This document shows positions 58,109 to 64,000 of a DNA stretch of 64,000 bases, piece after piece (positions within the stretch are counted from its first letter, which is position 1; every line of letters starts with the position of its first letter). The translations under genes and the position numbers were made by a program. The DNA is from Podarcis melisellensis (lineage: Eukaryota): assembly GCA_964234715.1 (NCBI GenBank), contig OZ174281.1; one strand, given 5' to 3'. The notes beneath the pieces were generated by a model. The model had not been told where the DNA came from. It did not search any database and saw only the letters and a program-made list of their open reading frames with translations.

Positions 58109-61100
58109 TGGAAAATACAGTGGAAAAAAATGAAATTTAAAACCCTTCCTAATTGTCCTTGTTTCATTCTTTCCCTCTGTCTTTTCCATATTAATCTTTT
58201 CTTCCATGATCTATCCATTTTTTGCAGAGTATATTTTCAATTATAAATAGCCCTTATAACAACACACTGAACTGAAGCTTCTGCAATTTCTAAACACACG
58301 TTCTTCTAACTAAGGGAGAATTCTTTATCTCCAAATGTACAGGAAATTGGTTCAGCTGGTATTTATTTGAGTTGGGGGAGATGAAAAAACATCCTCTTTC
58401 ACAGCTTTTACACGATATGATTTTTATCTGTACTATACAAGTGTAAGTCTAGAGAACCAATTAAACTACCTCTTTTGGGTTATGGAGAAACTGAGAGGAG
58501 ACAGGGTGGGGAAAACCCTGATAGTCTTGGGGAAATCAGTTAAATGTCAGAGGACACATTTATTTTGTATTTATTTGTTAAAACTATTAGAATTTTTGGT
58601 CTAAAAAGCCATGGATGTGAACTCCCAGGGATGATGAGAGTTGCAGTCCAAAACCACATGGAAAGCCACAGATCCCTGAACCCTGTACTAAGCTGTGTAT
58701 TCTTCTGAGTTTGTTTTTACACTGAGAACCTGTTGCAGTGATGCAGGAATGGGAAACCTGTGCATCCCCAGCTGTTGCTCTCCTCCAGTTCCCATGGCTC
58801 TGCTGGCTGGGACTGATGGGAGTAGGAGTCTAAAAACATTCAGAGGAGCACAGGTCCCCATTCAAGCAGTAATGGGTGGTCAGCACAACCACAGAGTGCT
58901 TCCTTTCCAAAAAGGCCATGCTCCATGGTCTGAAATAGCATGATACAAGCTTCTTGCCCTCTCCCATTCTTCCTCAGTAAACACAAGCAGCAGACCAGAC
59001 GCTCCTTGAAGGGTTCAACTCCATGGGTATTTAGATACAGATTGCAATAAAACAAAAAGAAAGAAATTAATCCTGTCCATGTATAATGTTCTTTTTAAAC
59101 TGTAAGAAATAAATTAAACCTAAATACCAGCTGTCAGAATTAGGACTTCCCTTCAAAAGAATGCCTATTGTTAGAAAATGCTAAAACTGTTTTTACTGAT
59201 GAAGTTGCTGCTTGAAAGCTGGATGGTTTTCGCCGACTTTTGAAGTGGTGGTGAACATTGCTGGCAGTTCCAGAACTTTCTTGACAATGTGATTGTTCGT
59301 TTGCCTCTGCAGCATATGGGTCATTTCCTCTAAGCATGGAGATGTCACCAGGCGCCCAGCTGCTGGTGTGGTGCTGAACACCCTTCCTGCTATCTCCTGG
59401 CCAAGCCTCTTCTGCTTTCAGTCAAATGCTGCCATGCTTCAGCTCTGGCCCAGGTCTTTTAATGAGGTCAGTCAGGTGGATCATGTACAGTGGTTGCTAA
59501 GCAACGTTCGTTTTGACTGAAAGCTACAAAATTTAAGACGCAGCTCTTTTTCTTTTTAACCTAAGAGATTTGTATCTTATTCATTATTAAAGTTGTTAGG
59601 TGCTCTGGTTTCTTCAGATAGAGAAAGAGTGACTTAGGTTACAGTCCTGTGCAGTTGCTTGTGTCAGTTTCCTGCAGTCTAAGCATCCTTGCTGTATTCA
59701 AACATTACCAAATAGGAGGCCTTGCTGCTTTGATCGTATCTGTGCTTTTGCACCCTTCATTGTTAATGTGCACTTCTTGATGTAAATGTTAGGATGTACA
59801 ACTGGGTATACTGTTGGAGGAAATGGATCGTGTCCGTTAGCTCCTCCCTTCTCCATGTGTTTGGACTGGCACAACTTCTGGAAGTTTCTGTATGTGTATG
59901 TGGACCCTGGTGATACACACAGCATATACATTCAGTATGTGCTCATGTTGGCTTTTTCAGAAGTTATGAAAAGCAGCTCCCTGAGTGGGGCAGAGCAGCT
60001 GTGCTAACTTCCTGACAGCTGGGCTGCTTTTGCTTCTTGGGGTGGAGAGGTTTAGGTGGTGGGGAGGTTGGTGCAGTGTGAATGCACTGGCGGGGCCAGT
60101 TCCAGGGATGAGTGTTTTTGTTTGTCAGGTTAGGAAAGGCTGTCCCATGCTGTACTTCTTACTAGTCACAGCAGCCAGCCTATCTACCTGCTTCCTAGCT
60201 GGAGTGGGTCTCTGGTTGTCACCCACTGCACTATCAGCCCTCATCCATTTTGTTCGTCTCACCTGGGCACAATTATAAATTACTCAACTCTCAGGTAATT
60301 GTATAGAGACTCCTTTATTGCTCCATTTTATGCTGTCATGATGCACTTGTGTTCCTTCTTCTTTTCCTCCACTACCTACATGGCAGAGCATTGGTGAAGG
60401 TTTTTAGAGACTCTGATATCCAAGGGAATTGATAATGGGATGAGATTATCTTCCTTTCTCATCACAGTCTCTTTCATCCTCCATTATCCCTAATTGAGAA
60501 GGAAGCAGCAGAATCAGCAGAAAATTAATCTGCTTCTAGATCAATAAGAGAAGATTCTACTTCTAAGGTTTCCTCAATACATACTGTATTCTTTCTGCAA
60601 TCCAGTCATTAAATGAGATCTGACACACTTAAATCAGAGATAGATTAGCTTCTGATTCAAATGGCTAATCCTAAATGATGTAATATGTTCATTCAACAAT
60701 CCTAGACAAATCTGGGTAATAATTAGACCAAGATCTATGTGAAAGAATGTATCACATGAAAGAATGTCTGCCAAAGCACACATTATGTGGCCATCAACTC
60801 TCTATCTTGCCAACTCCCAGTTCCTTTATTTCACCTTGTCATATAAGGCTAGATGATCAGGGAATATAAGTAGGGCAGCTGTTTCCAGAAAAATTGCAGG
60901 GCAGAATATTTACACATGCAAAGTAGGAACATATCTACCAGAAGCCTTGTGCAGGCATTTGGTACTCATGGATTCTCAATGCTTGAAGGGGCTACTGAGA
61001 ATGTGCTAGTTCCACATATTAGATGGCAACATGCACAACAGCCACATTCTCCAGTTGATTCATAATTGGCATGGTTGGTGGCTGAAGTTATGAATGGAAT

Positions 61101-61114
61101 TGTGGTAGCTACTA

Positions 61115-61585
61115 GGGATGAGGGAGAAATGTGATTCTGTTCTCATTTAAAGGAGAGCTTACCTAATTCAAACTTCTCCAAACAATTTGAACCAAAACAC
61201 AGCTACCTTTTGAAATTCACTCACCTCTGATAGTGTGCAATTGAGTTCTCCAGCCAGGTAGTGGTACAAAAACCCACGTGCTCTGGTAAAGGATGACTAT
61301 AATGAATATTAGTGAAAATGAGTTGTAAATCTGCACTATATTAGGAGAAATTGCTTTGCAAAAAGTGGGCATTAGATATACAAAATGCATACAAAAATGT
61401 GTGTTAGGAAAAATTTGCACTAAAATCCTGATGAATTTCCACAAGGACTTTCTTTTCTTTTTCTTTTTCTTGAAAAAACACACCCTCAAACTGATGTGGA
61501 AATGTAGAGAACTGAATTCAAGATTAGAAAAAAAAATTAAAATTGGGAGATGCAGAAATGGACAGATTAACTCATTTCTAGTCCC
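61115..61585. mobile_element. Interspersed repeat, MITE-like
   Basis: Reverse-complement similarity to ~24520-24895 and ~22400-22640. Confidence 0.5.
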
Positions 61586-61663
61586 AGTTCTTGTCAATTA
61601 TACTCTCCAACAATACCTAGTGTTCTCCTGTCACTTCCTGTTTTTGTCTCAACACACATTTAG

Positions 61664-61808
61664 AATCATATAATCATAGAAACTTAGAGTTGGAAGGGAC
61701 CACAAGGTCCCTATTTCAATCCCCTGCAATGCGGGATTTTTTGCCCAACGTGGGGGTTGAACCCACAACCCTAGAATTGAGAGTCTTATGCTCTACCTAC
61801 TGAACTAT
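61664..61808 (-). mobile_element. tRNA-derived SINE with CR1-type tail
   Basis: Same family as 18811-18962. Confidence 0.7.
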
Positions 61809-64000
61809 CCATCTCTACAAGCCACTTTTGTAGATAAAATTTCCCTAAGCACTTATATAATCCCAGTGGTTCCTTGAGAATGTTTGTGTAGTGTAACAGT
61901 ATGCACGATTCCTAGGTAAATAGGTTTCAGATTGTAGCTTTAATTAAATTCACGCATTTACTTTGTCTGTTCTAACAAAGAATAAGGATCACTGACAAAT
62001 ATTCCAGGTCCCTGTAACACGTAAAATAACCCATTTCAGACATCTATTTCCAGCTTCATCCCATCATTTCTTTTTCAGATCCTTTGCCAGTGTTGTACAC
62101 CCCTAAGCATCCATGCCACCTTGAATTTAACCCTTGTCCAGACAGCTGTATAAAAATATAGTGGCTGATGTAGCTCTCTGGAAACTCATCTCCTCATCCT
62201 TGATCTTGAAGTGAAGTCCTAGTGCTACATACAATTGTGGCATCCCATCCATTTCCATGGCAACAGATTGCAATTTCACAGACACAGGATTATCACAGAC
62301 ACTGCAGGATAAAAACAGCGAGGCAGTGTTACGGAGGAAGGCGTTTGCATTCAAACAAAAAAGAGCTTTAAAATGTTGCAAGATATAATTATTGGCAAAT
62401 AAATAAAATAGAATTTCACGATGATCTCTATTTTTATATCTCTTTTTACAATGGTATGAAAGTTTCTAATTTAAAATTGCAGCTGTGGTGATGGAAACTG
62501 GGAAGGGCAGTAGATCAGTGGCAAAATATCTATGGGTATCCTCAGGATTTTTTCTTGTGTGGGGGACAAAGTAAAACACTAGAAGAGGGAGAAGAGTAGT
62601 TTCTCTCTCACACACAAAAATGAGAGATGAATATTATACCTCATAACAGATTCTACAAATGCTAGAAAATAACCCTTAAAAAGAAAGAAAAACATCGGAG
62701 ATATGGTTGAATATTATGGTTCATTGGGGTGGGGGACCTTTTCCCCCGTTTAGTAGAATCCCATGAGAACATCTGCTTTGCATGCAGAAGGTCCATGGTT
62801 TAGCTGTCCAAGGTTCCTTGGCAGCTGTCTCTGATGTGTGGTGAAATTCTCCTTACCATTTGGCAAGAAGATATAGCACAAAATAAAACTATGGTATTCA
62901 CACAGTGCACAGTTAAGCTCTGGAATTTGTTCCTTCAAGAAGCAGTGATGGCCATAATCTTAGATACTAAATAGGATTAGATAAATTCATGGAGGATAAA
63001 AGATTCTCCATGGCTACTGGCCAAGATGGCTGCGTTCTCCTCCTTCTGTCAGAGGCAGTATGCCTCTGATTGCCAGCTACTGGGAATCACAAGTGGCAAG
63101 AGTGCTGCTGCATTCAGGTCTTGATTCTGGGCTTCCAATAAGCATCTGGTAGGTCACTGTGAAAACAGGATACTGGGCTAGATGTGATACTGATGACCCA
63201 GGTATCCTAGAGTGAGAGAGAATCTGTTACCTGTGTGGACTCCAGATGCATGTCAGTCCAATGATGGACCATCCTAATGGTGAACCAATAGTACACTTTG
63301 GTCTTTTGTTCAAGTGTCCACAGTGTTGGTTAATCCCAGGTGGTATTCAGCATTGATCATGAACTGGCTAAGAATAGGAATCCTTTTTCTATACACTTCT
63401 CTACCATAGTTTGGTTTCCCGCCTCTGCCAGTAGTAAATCCTGCCACACTTTTCTTTACCGTGAATGTAAAATGGAGCAATATAAGTTTAAGAATCAGAG
63501 TTGTTGTTTTAAATAACATGTGTAGTAAAATGCAGTTTGATTTCCACAGGTAGCAGTTTCCACTATTAGTAAGAAACAGAGTGAAAAACTGAGCCATGGG
63601 CAAAAAGACAAACAAATCCAAGAGTGCTTCTTTGTAAATCCCTGGCATATGCATGTAACACATCTTTGTACTTACAGTTTGTAGTACTGGGTTGTTGTGA
63701 TGTTGTCATCCAGCCTCTAAGAGATGCTTTGACACCATTTTGTACTTTTGGCAGCTGATCAATGGAGGCCTTCTGGCATCGTAGGTATGGACCAATTTTC
63801 CATCAGTGGGAATGGAGCAGGAGTTTGTTTATATAATGTGGTTGTCCAGGGGATGAACGAAACCAAAAAGGCAGGGGATGTTTTGTGGGATTAATGCCAC
63901 AGCAACAAAGCTACAGTGAGTCTGAATCCAGAGCAGCTTAATTTCTTCCACATAAGGGTCATTGTTACTGGATACACTGAGTGTTTATGGGGATTAAAAA

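Larger units (their letters stand above)
59140..63976 (-). pseudogene. Further decayed exon-like segments, possibly the 5' part of the same fossil gene
   Basis: Donors ACT|GTAAGT (63676) and CAG|GTAACA (~63231); acceptors TTTTATCCTGCAG (~62302) and TTTTGTAG (~59524); protein-like frames broken by stops. Confidence 0.3.

Overview
Vertebrate genomic DNA, most likely a squamate and probably a lacertid lizard (inferred from Sauria SINEs, BovB LINEs and Squam-type SINEs). There are three main elements. (1) A CpG-island promoter at ~9.8-11.0 kb with a non-coding first exon of an unidentified minus-strand gene; 1-10 kb is probably its first intron. (2) A minus-strand class I (gamma-like, ERV3/HERV-E-type env) provirus at 30997-37962. 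It has two 1151-bp LTRs that look identical by eye, a 4-bp TSD (AAAG), a tRNA-His-like PBS and a PPT. Its gag, IN and env carry about 8 or more stops and frameshifts. The gag C-terminus, pro, RT, RNase H and most of IN are replaced by a ~590-bp non-retroviral cargo made of a hAT transposon end, a MIR-like fragment and a host exon-intron piece. This fits a recently copied non-autonomous recombinant ERV carrying host DNA. (3) A series of decayed minus-strand exon-like segments from ~48 kb to beyond 64 kb, whose motifs run in the NIDO-AMOP-VWD-Cys-rich order of MUC4/SUSD2-type proteins, suggesting a fossil gene. The rest is SINEs, LINE fragments, MITEs, a solo LTR and microsatellites. All family assignments are by eye; no database searches were run.
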